From an uncultured delta proteobacterium (GTDB lineage: Bacteria; Desulfobacterota; Syntrophorhabdia; Syntrophorhabdales; WCHB1-27), in assembly GCA_963810935.1 (NCBI GenBank), contig CAWEPK010000008.1, forward strand, positions 128,001 to 192,000: a stretch of DNA of 64,000 bases. Reading direction: 5' to 3'. Position 1 is the stretch's first letter. Every line of letters begins with the position of its first letter. The notes beneath the pieces were generated by a model. That model saw nothing but the letters and a program-made list of their open reading frames with translations, ran no database searches and had not been told where the DNA came from. Positions 1-9,547 of the stretch are shown here, in pieces. The position numbers and the translations under genes are program-made.

Positions 1-241
1 GCTTCGCTTCGACCTTCTTGACCTGCGCCTTTTCGGCTTCGAGCTCGATCTCTTTCTTCCTTCTTTCCTTTTCGAGCTCCTCCACGATCTCTTTCTCTTT
101 GGCGATCTTCTCCCTGGTCCGGGTCAACTCGGTCTGCATCTCCTCAATCCGCTGCGGTCCGATGGCCCTCTTCTTCTCGTTCTCGATGATCTTGGTGTCG
201 ATTTTCTGCACCTGGCAGAGGGTTTCTAATTCTTCGTTCAA
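1..241 (-). CDS. Coiled-coil protein, probably the C4 zinc-ribbon family (COG1579/DUF164-like); runs off the window edge
   Basis: Manual translation from TTG at 241 after GGGAGGGAG gives MNEELETLCQVQKIDTKIIENEKKR...; 'L..LQ.ID' N-terminus and charged coiled coil; lies downstream of a CAT tRNA. Confidence 0.7.
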   Translation of the reverse strand, partial: MNEELETLCQVQKIDTKIIENEKKRAIGPQRIEEMQTELTRTREKIAKEKEIVEELEKERRKKEIELEAEKAQVKKVEAK

Positions 242-262
242 TGTACTCCCTCCCAGAAATTT

Positions 263-293
263 AAAAGGGGTGGCATTTCTGCTCACCCCTTTT
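263..293. terminator. Intrinsic terminator hairpin downstream of the tRNA
   Basis: AAAAGGGGTG-N11-CACCCCTTTT inverted repeat with A/T tails. Confidence 0.65.
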
Positions 294-347
294 TGGCACT
301 GCTATATAAGTATCGTTAGAATCTTTACCATTCACGAGTCTCTTTTT

Positions 348-420
348 TGGGCCCACCTGGCCTCGAACCAGGGGCCTACCGGTTATGAGCCGGTGGCTCT
401 ACCAACTGAGCTATGGGCCC
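348..420 (-). tRNA. tRNA with CAT anticodon, most like tRNA-Ile2 (lysidine); CCA not encoded
   Basis: Reverse complement GGGCCCATAGCTCAGTTGGTAGAGCCACCGGCTCATAACCGGTAGGCCCCTGGTTCGAGGCCAGGTGGGCCCA folds as a cloverleaf; G1-C72 paired, so not the initiator tRNA. Confidence 0.92.
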
Positions 421-431
421 GTCTGTCGTAT

Positions 432-461
432 AGACTAACCGATTGATCGGCCTCTTGTCAA
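432..461 (-). promoter_or_regulatory. Sigma70-type promoter for the tRNA
   Basis: Minus strand TTGACA-N18-TAGTCT just upstream of the tRNA 5' end. Confidence 0.5.
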
Positions 462-665
462 GGGAATAACCCCGCCCGCGCATCCGTAGGATGCATATAA
501 AATGTGTGTGGTTTCATACAGCTTTTTACGCCACGGCGGTGGTGTTGACTGTATACGTTCCGCACGGCGCCGGATAGGCGCGCCGCTGCTTTGGCATTGA
601 TAAAATAGCCCCGTCTGATAGAATAATTATCGGCAGGCGAAAAAATATATGCATAATATAATCCG

Positions 666-1472
666 ATGAGCGAAGCACCCTTCCATCCGGTCGCAGACGT
701 GTTGTTTTTCGCCCTGGGGACCATCGTGGGCAGCTTCCTTAACGTCTGCATTCATCGCATACCGAGGGAGGCGTCCATCGTGCACCCGGGCTCCAGGTGC
801 CCTGCCTGCGAGGCGCCCATAGCCCCTTACGATAACGTGCCCCTCGTCAGCTACCTGATGCTGAAGGGACGCTGCAGGAAGTGCGGCCGGCCGATATCGG
901 CCCGCTACCCCCTCGTGGAGCTGTTAACCGGCGGGATATTCCTGCTTTGCTTCCGGGTCGCCGGCATTTCCGTCGAGCTGCCCGCCCTGCTTGCCTTCTC
1001 GTGCCTTCTGGTCGTAATATCATTCATCGATATCGATTTCCGGATAATCCCGTACCGGCTGAGCTTGGGCGGCCTCGGCCTCGGCCTCGCGTTTTCGCCT
1101 CTGAGGCCCTCTCTGGGCTTCGTGCATGCAGTTGTAGGGGCGCTCCTCGGCTGCGGCCTCATTTACGCGATCAAGAAATCGTACGAGCTTTTGCGGAAAG
1201 GGGAGGGCATGGGGGGCGGAGATATATGGCTCCTCGGCATGATCGGCGCCTTTTGCGGGATGAAGGGTGTCTTATTCTCCCTCGTCGGCGGCTCGGTCAT
1301 AGGGTGTCTGGTCGGCATCCCTATGATGCTTGCCGAAGGGGAAGGGATAAAGTACGCGATCCCTTTCGGTCCCTTTCTCTCCGCCGGGGCATTTCTTTAC
1401 GCAGTTGCGGGTGACGCTCTTATAGCGCGGTTCTATGCATTGATCGACCTGCTGGCAGGTCTTATGAGATAA
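666..1472 (+). CDS. pilD: Prepilin peptidase/N-methyltransferase (A24)
   Basis: GSFLNVCIHRIP, CPAC and CRKC zinc motifs, IDID, GMGGGD, IPFGPFL. Confidence 0.95.
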   Translation: MSEAPFHPVADVLFFALGTIVGSFLNVCIHRIPREASIVHPGSRCPACEAPIAPYDNVPLVSYLMLKGRCRKCGRPISARYPLVELLTGGIFLLCFRVAGISVELPALLAFSCLLVVISFIDIDFRIIPYRLSLGGLGLGLAFSPLRPSLGFVHAVVGALLGCGLIYAIKKSYELLRKGEGMGGGDIWLLGMIGAFCGMKGVLFSLVGGSVIGCLVGIPMMLAEGEGIKYAIPFGPFLSAGAFLYAVAGDALIARFYALIDLLAGLMR

Positions 1473-1499
1473 TGATACAGCTTTTGCAGGAGCGAGCAG

Positions 1500-2519
1500 A
1501 TGATTGAGTTCAAAAGACTGATTGAGTCGAGCACGTACCTTGATCCTTTCCACGATTTCGAGCCCTTCGAGGCCAAATCGGAGATCCGTTGGGACCCGTT
1601 GACCGGTCTGACGGCGCGCTTAATGAATTTTCCGCCCAGGAGGATGCCGCGCTTCGACGTCGGGCCCCTGGTCAGTGCGTCGATCGCGGCGAAATGTCCG
1701 TTTTGTGAGGAAAACGCTTCCACGATGACTGCGCGCCTCAACCCGGCGATGTACGGCAGCGAGCAGCTCGTTGACGGCGAGGTGCGGATCATACCGAACC
1801 TGCTGGCCTTCGGCAAGTATTCCCTGGTCGCCATTATGTGTAAGGAGCATTACGTCGATATGGCGACGCTCGCCGCAAAGGGGTGCGTGGTCAGCGCCAT
1901 AGAAGCGCTCCTCCGAGCCTTCAGGACCGTGCGGGAGAAGGACCCCGCCGCCCGGTATTTATCGGTTAACTGCAACTACATGCCCATGTCGGGCGGAAGC
2001 CTCGTGCACCCGCACGTGCAGGGAATAGCCGGCGAGCACGCGACTAATTACCAGAGGCTGATGATAAAGAGAAGCGCCGGGTTCGCGGCAGCGCAAAAAA
2101 CGGTCTATTGGGAGGCCCTGGAAGAAGAGGAGACACGTCTGGGTGAGAGGGCTATAGGAAGGAGCGGCTCGGTTTTCTGGTACGCGCCTTTCGCGCCGAA
2201 AGCTAATATGGATATCGGCTGCGTTTTTCGGGAGCCTTCGCTCTTGGCCCTCGGCGGCCAGGACTGGGCGGACTTCGGCCAAGGGTTCAACAAGGTGCTG
2301 GCCTACCTGGACGGCGAGAACATCGGCGGCTTCAACCTCTCGGTATTCTCGGCGCCCGAGGGAGAGGACCATTTCCGCGTGAACGGGCGCATCGTCGCCA
2401 GGCGGTTCCTGCCGCCCGTCAATGCGTCGGATGTCAGTTATTTCGAGAAGCTGCACATGGAGAGTGCCTGCATGGTGACCCCTGAAAGTGTTGCCGCCGG
2501 TTTGAGGGCGATATGGTAA
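1500..2519 (+). CDS. GalT-like HIT-superfamily nucleotidyltransferase
   Basis: EIRWDPLTG, CPFC, IPNLLAF, GGSLVHPHVQ (HxHxQ). Confidence 0.8.
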   Translation: MIEFKRLIESSTYLDPFHDFEPFEAKSEIRWDPLTGLTARLMNFPPRRMPRFDVGPLVSASIAAKCPFCEENASTMTARLNPAMYGSEQLVDGEVRIIPNLLAFGKYSLVAIMCKEHYVDMATLAAKGCVVSAIEALLRAFRTVREKDPAARYLSVNCNYMPMSGGSLVHPHVQGIAGEHATNYQRLMIKRSAGFAAAQKTVYWEALEEEETRLGERAIGRSGSVFWYAPFAPKANMDIGCVFREPSLLALGGQDWADFGQGFNKVLAYLDGENIGGFNLSVFSAPEGEDHFRVNGRIVARRFLPPVNASDVSYFEKLHMESACMVTPESVAAGLRAIW

Positions 2520-2547
2520 GCCTGTCCGGCCCGGAGATTATACCTTA

Positions 2548-3303
2548 ATGGCTACTGAGCGGCTCGCGAAGTTTCTGGCCCAGGCAGGCGTTGCGTCACG
2601 GCGGAAGTCGGAAGACATCGTCAGGTCCGGCAGAGTGAAGGTGAACAGGGTCGTGGTGACGGACCCGGCCCATCCGGTCAATCCCGAAGTCCATGTCGTG
2701 TGGCTGGACAACGAGCCTGTCAGCTCCTCGGCAAAGCGCCGTTACGTCCTTTTATATAAGCCCGCCGGCTATCTCTCGGACCTCGCCGACAGTGGAGGCA
2801 AAAAAAGGCTCCTCGCGCGGAGCCTGATAATGCTGCCTGGGTCGCTCTTTCCCGTGGGAAGGCTCGACTACGCCTCCGAAGGCCTCATGATCTTCACGGA
2901 TGACGGCGATTTCGCGAACCATATCATGCACCCTCGATACAACGTTGAGAAGGAATATCAGGTGAAGCTCTCGGGCGTTCTTACGCCCGAAGAAATAAAG
3001 CGGGCTGTTTCCGGCCTTCGGGTAGACCGCGTAATCTACGCAGTCAAGGCGATTACGCCGTTTAAAAAGGCCGAAAAGAACACGTGGTACAGGATTGTCG
3101 TGGGGCAAGGGAAATACCACCATATCAGAAAACTCGCAGAAGGGCTCGCACACTATGTGCTGCGGCTCCGCCGGGTCCGCATCGGCCCCGTCACGCTCTC
3201 AGAGCTAAAGCCTGGTGAGTGGCGCTTCCTGAAGCCCGATGAGGTACGCAAGCTGGTGTCTGAGAAGGCCCAATCGCGCAGCTCAGCCGCCCGTAGTACA
3301 TAA
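2548..3303 (+). CDS. rluB: rRNA pseudouridine synthase (RsuA/RluB family)
   Basis: S4 domain RLAKFLAQAGVASRR; PVGRLDYASEGL catalytic motif. Confidence 0.9.
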   Translation: MATERLAKFLAQAGVASRRKSEDIVRSGRVKVNRVVVTDPAHPVNPEVHVVWLDNEPVSSSAKRRYVLLYKPAGYLSDLADSGGKKRLLARSLIMLPGSLFPVGRLDYASEGLMIFTDDGDFANHIMHPRYNVEKEYQVKLSGVLTPEEIKRAVSGLRVDRVIYAVKAITPFKKAEKNTWYRIVVGQGKYHHIRKLAEGLAHYVLRLRRVRIGPVTLSELKPGEWRFLKPDEVRKLVSEKAQSRSSAARST

Positions 3304-3372
3304 GTCCTATCTGCCACGGAGCGCCATGGTAAGAGAACTTGCTTCTTCATTTCGTTGCACGCGCAATTTTGA

Positions 3373-3401
3373 TTGACAGCCTTAAAGACTTTTAATAACA
3401 T
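3373..3401 (+). promoter_or_regulatory. Sigma70-type promoter for the ArsR gene
   Basis: TTGACA-N17-TAACAT. Confidence 0.45.
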
Positions 3402-3411
3402 AATGCATCGC

Positions 3412-3690
3412 ATGGAAGATAAACGTTACAACAAGTGGGCCGATATCCTTAAGACCATCGGCCATCCGGTAAGGATCAGGATCATCGAGAAGCTGCTCGG
3501 GAAGGATATGTCCGTCAGCACGATCTGGGGGAGCCTCGAACTCCCGCAGTCTACCGTGTCGCAGCACCTGTCTCTCTTGCGGACGAAGGGGATAGTGCAA
3601 AACGAACGGTTCGGATCGACAGTCAAGTACTCAATAACGGACCGGAAGATCGAGGAAATCATCAAATTGATCAAAGGTGGTCCAAGTTAA
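3412..3690 (+). CDS. ArsR/SmtB family transcriptional regulator (no Cys)
   Basis: LKTIGHPVRIRII, PQSTVSQHLSLLR winged HTH; start at 3403 or 3412. Confidence 0.9.
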   Translation: MEDKRYNKWADILKTIGHPVRIRIIEKLLGKDMSVSTIWGSLELPQSTVSQHLSLLRTKGIVQNERFGSTVKYSITDRKIEEIIKLIKGGPS

Positions 3691-3781
3691 CATAATATCT
3701 CTTATCAGAACCATTCAATATGACACCCGCCGGGACGAAGGCTAAAGAACATTATCCTTCCCCGGCCTTAGAAGGCGACAG

Positions 3782-4084
3782 TTGACTACGTCCCCTCCCA
3801 AAGAGCAGTCTGTAAGCGCCCCGGATATTAACCGCCTCTATAAGCAGGTCGAGGGGAAGCTGGAGAATATTGTCGAGAAGCTCCTCATATCGAAGGTGAA
3901 CGACAAGGATAATATATTGCAGAACGTGCAGACGATGATGGAGCGGATCTTCATCACGGCGGCAATGAAAATGACGGACGACAACGTAGTCCGTGCCGCC
4001 CGCCTTTTAGGCATAAACAGAAATACCCTGAGCAAAAAACTCAGGGAGATGAAAGAACAGTCTGACCGAGATAACGGACGATAA
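3782..4084 (+). CDS. Fis-family HTH protein
   Basis: C-terminal NVVRAARLLGINRNTLSKKL (HTH_8), 100 aa. Confidence 0.8.
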   Translation: MTTSPPKEQSVSAPDINRLYKQVEGKLENIVEKLLISKVNDKDNILQNVQTMMERIFITAAMKMTDDNVVRAARLLGINRNTLSKKLREMKEQSDRDNGR

Positions 4085-5123
4085 GGTCCCCGACCTCCCG
4101 CGTACCCATACCCATCTTGCCAGCATCGACCGACTTGAGATCGTTTTTCAGGGCCTTGGCAACAGCCGCCTCTACGGCGTCTGCGGCGTCCGACTCCCCG
4201 AGGTAGTCGAGCATCATGCCTGCCGCAAAGATCGCGGCGATGGGGTTTATCACGTTGAGGCCCGTATATTTCGGGGCCGAGCCGCCTATAGGCTCGAACA
4301 TGGAGACGCCGGCAGGGTTGATGTTCCCTCCGCAGGCAATGCCAAGCCCGCCCTGCACCATAGCACCCAGGTCCGTTATAATGTCGCCGAACAGGTTGTC
4401 CGTCACGATTACGTCGAACCATTCCGGGTTCTTCACCATCCACATAACCGTCGCGTCAACGTGCGCATAGTCCGTTTTTATATCCGGGTATTCCTTCGCC
4501 ACTTCGTAAAAAGCACGCTCCCAGAGGTTGAACGCATACGTGAGGACGTTCGTCTTACCGCACAGGGTCACCTTTTTCCCTTTGTTGCGCTTTCTTGCGA
4601 GGTCGAAGGCGAAGCGGATGCACCTCTCGACGCCCTTACGCGTATTGATCGACTCCTGTACTGCCACCTCGTCGGGCGTGCCTTTTTTGAGCACGCCGCC
4701 GGCCCCGCTGTAAAGTCCTTCCGTGTTCTCGCGGACAACGACGAAATCTATGTCTGCCGGTCCCTTGTCTTTGAGCGGCGACTCGACGCCCTCGTACAGC
4801 TTTACGGGCCGCAGGTTGATATACTGGTCCATGTCGAACCGTATCTGCAATAATATCTGCTTCTCCAGGATACCGGGCGCGACGTCCGGGTGGCCTATGG
4901 CCCCTAGAAACAAGGCCTGCTGTGTTTTCAGGTCGGCAACGGCGCCGGCGGGCAGGGTATCCCCGGTCTTCAGGTAACGCTCGCCTCCGAGGTCGTAATA
5001 CTTGTATTTCAGCGCGAAGCCGAACTTACGCGCTACTGCGTCGAGCACCTTGATCCCTTCGGCTACGACCTCCGGCCCTGTCCCGTCGCCCGGTATTACT
5101 CCTACCCTGTATTCTTTCGCCAT
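4041..5123 (-). CDS. leuB: 3-isopropylmalate dehydrogenase
   Basis: IPGDGTGPEV, VVRENTEG, DNLFGDIITDLGA, FEPIGGSAP. Confidence 0.9.
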   Translation of the reverse strand: MAKEYRVGVIPGDGTGPEVVAEGIKVLDAVARKFGFALKYKYYDLGGERYLKTGDTLPAGAVADLKTQQALFLGAIGHPDVAPGILEKQILLQIRFDMDQYINLRPVKLYEGVESPLKDKGPADIDFVVVRENTEGLYSGAGGVLKKGTPDEVAVQESINTRKGVERCIRFAFDLARKRNKGKKVTLCGKTNVLTYAFNLWERAFYEVAKEYPDIKTDYAHVDATVMWMVKNPEWFDVIVTDNLFGDIITDLGAMVQGGLGIACGGNINPAGVSMFEPIGGSAPKYTGLNVINPIAAIFAAGMMLDYLGESDAADAVEAAVAKALKNDLKSVDAGKMGMGTREVGDLIVRYLGQTVLSSP

Positions 5124-5161
5124 TATCCTCTCCTTGCAGTTATTTCTGTAATGCCGAGCGG

Positions 5162-6439
5162 TTACACCTTACCGAGCGCCTTTTTACCGATATCCTTCCG
5201 GTACTGCATCCCCTCGAAGCGGATACAGGAGACGGCCCCATAGGCCCGATCTATTGCGTCTGCGTAGTTGTCGCCGAGGGCAGTCACACCGAGCACCCGG
5301 CCGCCGGACGTATAATAATCATTGCCTTTGCGCGTTGTCCCCGCGTGGAAGACGAAAACGTCTTTTTGGCCATCCACGTCGGCCAATCCGTTGATAAGCT
5401 TGCCCTTTTCGGGCTTTTCCGGGTAGCCGCCGGAGGCCATCACAACGCACACGGCAACGCCCTTCTTCCACGTCATGGGCGCCGCTTTCGTGAGGTCGCC
5501 TTCCGCGCAGGCGGCCACGACAGGCAGCAGGTCGCTCTCCATCCTGAATAATATCGGCTGCGTCTCCGGGTCGCCGAATCGCGCGTTGAATTCGAGGACG
5601 CCGGGTTTTCCGTCCCCCAGCATGAGGCCCGCATAAAGGACGCCTTTGTACGGTATGCCCTCAGCCTTCAGGCCGTCCACCGTCTTTTTCATTACGGACG
5701 TGTCTATCCGGGCCGCCAGGTCCGCGCTTACGAAAGGCACCGGCGTATATGCCCCCATGCCGCCCGTGTTAGGCCCCTTGTCGCCGTCCATGAGCGCCTT
5801 GTGGTCCTGGGAGGGCGGCAAGGCTACGACGGAGGTACCGTCGCACAGCGCAAGATAAGATGCTTCGATGCCGGGCAGGAAGCCCTCGACGATCACCCTG
5901 TCGCCGGCCTCGCCGTGGATGCGGTCGATAAAAAGCTCTTTCAGGGCCTTCTCCGCTTCTTCGGCGCTGTCGATCACGTAGGCGCCCTTCCCTGCGCAAA
6001 TCCCGTCCGCCTTGATTACATAGGGCGGGGAAAGGTTTTTGATGTGGGCATGCACCGCCTCGTACGACGTGAAAACCTTGAACGCAGCGGTCGGTATCCC
6101 GTATTTCTCCATGAGCCTTTTCGAAAATACCTTGCTCGTCTCGATGCGCGACGCGGCCTGGCACGGGCCGAAGATGGGTACGCCCGCAGCCTCGAAGACG
6201 TCAACGACACCGGCTGCCAGGGCGGCTTCCGGTCCGACGACAGCAAGGTCTATGCGCTCCTTACGCGCAAATGCGAGAAGCCCCGGCGCATCGGTCACCG
6301 CGGTATCGACTACTGCGGCGATGCTCGAGATCCCCCCGTTGCCGGGGGCGCAGAAAATCTCGCTTACCTTTGGAGACTGTGAGAGCTTCCAGACAAGGGC
6401 ATGCTCCCTGCCCCCGCTGCCTATCACGAGTATCCGCAT
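5162..6439 (-). CDS. purD: Phosphoribosylamine-glycine ligase
   Basis: GSGGREHAL, APGNGG, GPNTGGMGAY, EFNARFGDPETQ, TSGGRVL. Confidence 0.97.
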   Translation of the reverse strand: MRILVIGSGGREHALVWKLSQSPKVSEIFCAPGNGGISSIAAVVDTAVTDAPGLLAFARKERIDLAVVGPEAALAAGVVDVFEAAGVPIFGPCQAASRIETSKVFSKRLMEKYGIPTAAFKVFTSYEAVHAHIKNLSPPYVIKADGICAGKGAYVIDSAEEAEKALKELFIDRIHGEAGDRVIVEGFLPGIEASYLALCDGTSVVALPPSQDHKALMDGDKGPNTGGMGAYTPVPFVSADLAARIDTSVMKKTVDGLKAEGIPYKGVLYAGLMLGDGKPGVLEFNARFGDPETQPILFRMESDLLPVVAACAEGDLTKAAPMTWKKGVAVCVVMASGGYPEKPEKGKLINGLADVDGQKDVFVFHAGTTRKGNDYYTSGGRVLGVTALGDNYADAIDRAYGAVSCIRFEGMQYRKDIGKKALGKV

Positions 6440-6453
6440 GGCTTTCCCCTTTT

Positions 6454-7044
6454 TTAACCTTTCTGGCGGCTCAGGTAGTCGTATATGGCTTTGTCGTAAT
6501 CGGAGGTAAGAAAGAAGACCTTTTTCGCCAGGTAGAACCGCATCTCTTCCGTGGTACCTCCGTCGTTAGCCTTGATGTTCTCGATTACTTTGGCATAATC
6601 GGCCGGGTCCGTCACAACCGTCACATACTTATAGTTCTTGGCTGCCGCCCTGATCATCGACGGGCCGCCGATGTCGATGTTCTCTATCGCCTCTTCGAAG
6701 GTGCAGCCCTTGGCCACCACCTCTTTGAACGGATAGAGGTTGACGACGATCATGTCTATGTCCTTGATATCCAGGGCCTTCTTGGCGTCCTGGTGTTCCT
6801 TTTTATCCCTGATGTTGAGGATGCCGCCGTGGACCTTCGGGTGGAGCGTCTTCACCCTGCCGTCCATGATCTCCGGGAAACCCGTGTGTTCGCTTATGTC
6901 CTTCGGGTTGACTTTCAGCTCGTCGAGGTACTTCCTGGTGCCCCCGGTCGATATGATCTCTACGCCCAGGCCCTTGAGAAATGGCGCAAGCTCGGCAAGC
7001 CCTGCTTTGTTCGATACGCTTATGATCGCCCTCTGAATTTTCAT
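6454..7044 (-). CDS. purH: Stand-alone IMP cyclohydrolase (PurH N-terminal MGS-like domain only)
   Basis: [53 protein letters not shown]; ends at 196 aa. Confidence 0.9.
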   Translation of the reverse strand: MKIQRAIISVSNKAGLAELAPFLKGLGVEIISTGGTRKYLDELKVNPKDISEHTGFPEIMDGRVKTLHPKVHGGILNIRDKKEHQDAKKALDIKDIDMIVVNLYPFKEVVAKGCTFEEAIENIDIGGPSMIRAAAKNYKYVTVVTDPADYAKVIENIKANDGGTTEEMRFYLAKKVFFLTSDYDKAIYDYLSRQKG

Positions 7045-7172
7045 CGTCCCCTCTCTTTAGTCCCGCTTTTATGCTTTTTTACGCGGCTGTATCCGACCCT
7101 TACCTTGTTGCGCGAAGACTTATGATAATTTCCGACGCAGTTTTTGTCAACAGGAAATCAAGCGGCAGCCGC

Positions 7173-8111
7173 CTACGTGCCGTCGCCTTCGGGTACGGTG
7201 TAAAACCATTTCCGGCTGACCCTGACGACTTTTATCCGCCCCTCCCTGGCAAGTTCCCGGAGCCCGGCCTTCGCCGTATCGCGCGAAACACCGGTTGTCC
7301 GGACGATATCCTCCAGGGAGAGGGACCTGCGCTTCAGCGTCTCTATCACGGAGGCCTGCCAGGCGCCCCGGCCGGGCGTGCGGGCCTCTCTGTCAAAGGC
7401 TGCTATCACCTCGCAGGCGGGGCCGATGCGCCGGGCAACGGCTGCGAGCTTCCGGCCCTCTACCGGCGTCGCCGTACTTTCCGCCGGCGGACGCGTCACG
7501 GTGTTGAGCTGGACCTTATCCGCCCCGACTCCTGATATTAATTGCTTAAATAAGTCGATACGTTGCGAATCATCGTTAATGTCCTTTATGAGCATTACCT
7601 CGAGCCATATTTTTCCTTTATAGCTCTTGCGGAATGCCTTCAGGCCGGAAAGCAAATGCGCGAGGGAGAGGTCCGCGTGGGGACGGTTGATCTCCTGGAA
7701 GATATCTTCGGAAGCAGCGTCCAGCGACGGAAGGACGAGGTCTGCAAGCGAGGCCTCGCGCCTCACGTCATCCCTGAAGAGAAGCGAGCCGTTCGTGATA
7801 AGGGCGACCGGTATGGCGATCCTCCGTTTAAGCTCCTTTATTATCAAGCCCATGTCCGCGCTCAGGGAAGGCTCCCCCGACCCCGAAAGGCTTATAAAGT
7901 CGATCGCCCTGCCCTCTTCCACTTTCTCCATCACCTGCCGCACAACGAGGTCCGGGTCGGCAAAGCTGCGCCGCTCCGTCTCCTTGTGCGTTGTCCTGCC
8001 TATCTGGCAGTAAATGCAGTCGAATGTGCAATGTTTGTGCGGTATCAGGTCTACGCCGAGCGAAAAGCCAAGCCTTCTCGACGGCACCGGGCCGAAGACA
8101 TGGTGTTCCAT
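7173..8111 (-). CDS. Radical SAM protein (COG0731/TYW1-like) with a C-terminal HTH-like extension
   Basis: FGPVPSRRLGFSLG, CTFDCIYC, SGSGEP, ITNGS. Confidence 0.88.
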   Translation of the reverse strand: MEHHVFGPVPSRRLGFSLGVDLIPHKHCTFDCIYCQIGRTTHKETERRSFADPDLVVRQVMEKVEEGRAIDFISLSGSGEPSLSADMGLIIKELKRRIAIPVALITNGSLLFRDDVRREASLADLVLPSLDAASEDIFQEINRPHADLSLAHLLSGLKAFRKSYKGKIWLEVMLIKDINDDSQRIDLFKQLISGVGADKVQLNTVTRPPAESTATPVEGRKLAAVARRIGPACEVIAAFDREARTPGRGAWQASVIETLKRRSLSLEDIVRTTGVSRDTAKAGLRELAREGRIKVVRVSRKWFYTVPEGDGT

Positions 8112-8182
8112 GCCAATAATTTAACCTATCCTGCTGTTTTAAGAAAGGAGGGACAGGCGCATGGCGCGAAAAGATCCAGCCC

Positions 8183-9418
8183 CTATGGCAGGCTCTTGCG
8201 CTTCTCCCAGACCCTGTCGAACTTTCGCAGATATGTGCGTGTTTCCTCGGGCAGTCTGCACGTCCACGAGTTATTGCATTCCCTGGCCGACTTCCGTACC
8301 CTCCCCGGCCCGCAGTTGTATGACGCAGCCAGCATCCTGCCTACCGCCTCCATGTCGTTGCGGGCAGAGACGAGAAGCTTTCTCGACAGGTCGGACAGGT
8401 CGGAATCGAAAAGAAGGAGCGATGCCTTGGCCGCGTTCACATGGTCATTGCTTCCCTGCACGAAATCCCTGTTGAGGGCGGCAGCCGGGTACTTCCTGCG
8501 CAGTCTTTCGTAGGTGGCGGGCATGAATTGGAAAAGGCCCCTAGCTCCCGCCGGGGACTTGCTGTAGGCGTATGCATTTTCAGCATTGGCCCCCAGGACC
8601 GTCAGCACCTCGCGTATGAGGGCGTCCTCCTGCCCGGCGGCACACGATTTGAAGCGCTCCGGGTCCATGTGCTCTATGACCGACAGTACGAAAACGACAT
8701 CCGGGAGCTGGTCCGAATAGAGGAGCGCGCCGAGCGCAGGAAGCCTGACCTGCCGTCTCTCCAGGTCGGCGAGGGCGAGTCCGATCTGGTCCAGCAGGTA
8801 GTCGTAGCCCGCGCGCCGGACCTCGGGCGTGTCGATCTCCGGGCTGTACGGTGTGTAGACTACCTCCTCATAGCCGCCGTAGCGGCCGTGGACGACCGTG
8901 CGGATGGCCAGGACTGCCATGTCCTCCGGGTAGTGGACCTGGAACCTGGAGGCAACGCCGTTATTCTTTAGCCGAGTGACCTGAAAACCGTCGGTGGTGC
9001 AGCCCTTGTCAGTCACCATCACGGCGCGCAACTCCCGCTCGTGAAGGTTTTCCACGGCAAGGAGGAAGTTGGGCGCCACGGTAGTCGTAAAACGCAGCCT
9101 CAGCTTCTTCCTCCCTCTTCTATCTACGATGGTGACCTTCCTCTTTCCGTACTGCTTAACGTATCCTACGCTCCTGTTCTGCAGAAACGCCTGGGCGCGC
9201 TTGATTTCGTCAAGGAGGTTATAAGCCGGGGCCGCGGGCGGCTCGGCTGAGCCATGGGGGGGTGAGATGTAGGTCTCTGTTATGGGACCTTGATCGATGG
9301 CGAGACTATCGGATTGCGCATCGGCAGGCAGCGCCCAAAGGGCAACTGCGCAATGCAGCGTCGCGGCGACAACGAGCAAAAGGAGCCGTCCGTGTATGCC
9401 GCCGTCTTTATAAACCAT
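8183..9418 (-). CDS. Exported lytic transglycosylase (SLT-like C-terminal domain)
   Basis: N-terminal signal peptide; SPAGARGLFQFMPATY and AASYNCGPGRV motifs. Confidence 0.8.
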   Translation of the reverse strand: MVYKDGGIHGRLLLLVVAATLHCAVALWALPADAQSDSLAIDQGPITETYISPPHGSAEPPAAPAYNLLDEIKRAQAFLQNRSVGYVKQYGKRKVTIVDRRGRKKLRLRFTTTVAPNFLLAVENLHERELRAVMVTDKGCTTDGFQVTRLKNNGVASRFQVHYPEDMAVLAIRTVVHGRYGGYEEVVYTPYSPEIDTPEVRRAGYDYLLDQIGLALADLERRQVRLPALGALLYSDQLPDVVFVLSVIEHMDPERFKSCAAGQEDALIREVLTVLGANAENAYAYSKSPAGARGLFQFMPATYERLRRKYPAAALNRDFVQGSNDHVNAAKASLLLFDSDLSDLSRKLLVSARNDMEAVGRMLAASYNCGPGRVRKSARECNNSWTCRLPEETRTYLRKFDRVWEKRKSLP

Positions 9419-9547
9419 GTTGTCCTTCGCGCTCCTCCTTTTAGGGCCGAAATCCGCCTCCTGCTTCCATCATTCTCTTCGACCTTCGAGGTATTGTCAA
9501 CAAAAAACAAACTACAATGATTCAGTCTCGTTGCAGGTATTTAAACC

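Noticed and set aside
348..420. tRNA as an integration site for an island
   Set aside because: No integrase and no duplicated tRNA 3' end seen in the window
4041..4084. 44-bp convergent overlap between the Fis-like gene and leuB
   Set aside because: Short tail-to-tail overlaps are common and both proteins are complete
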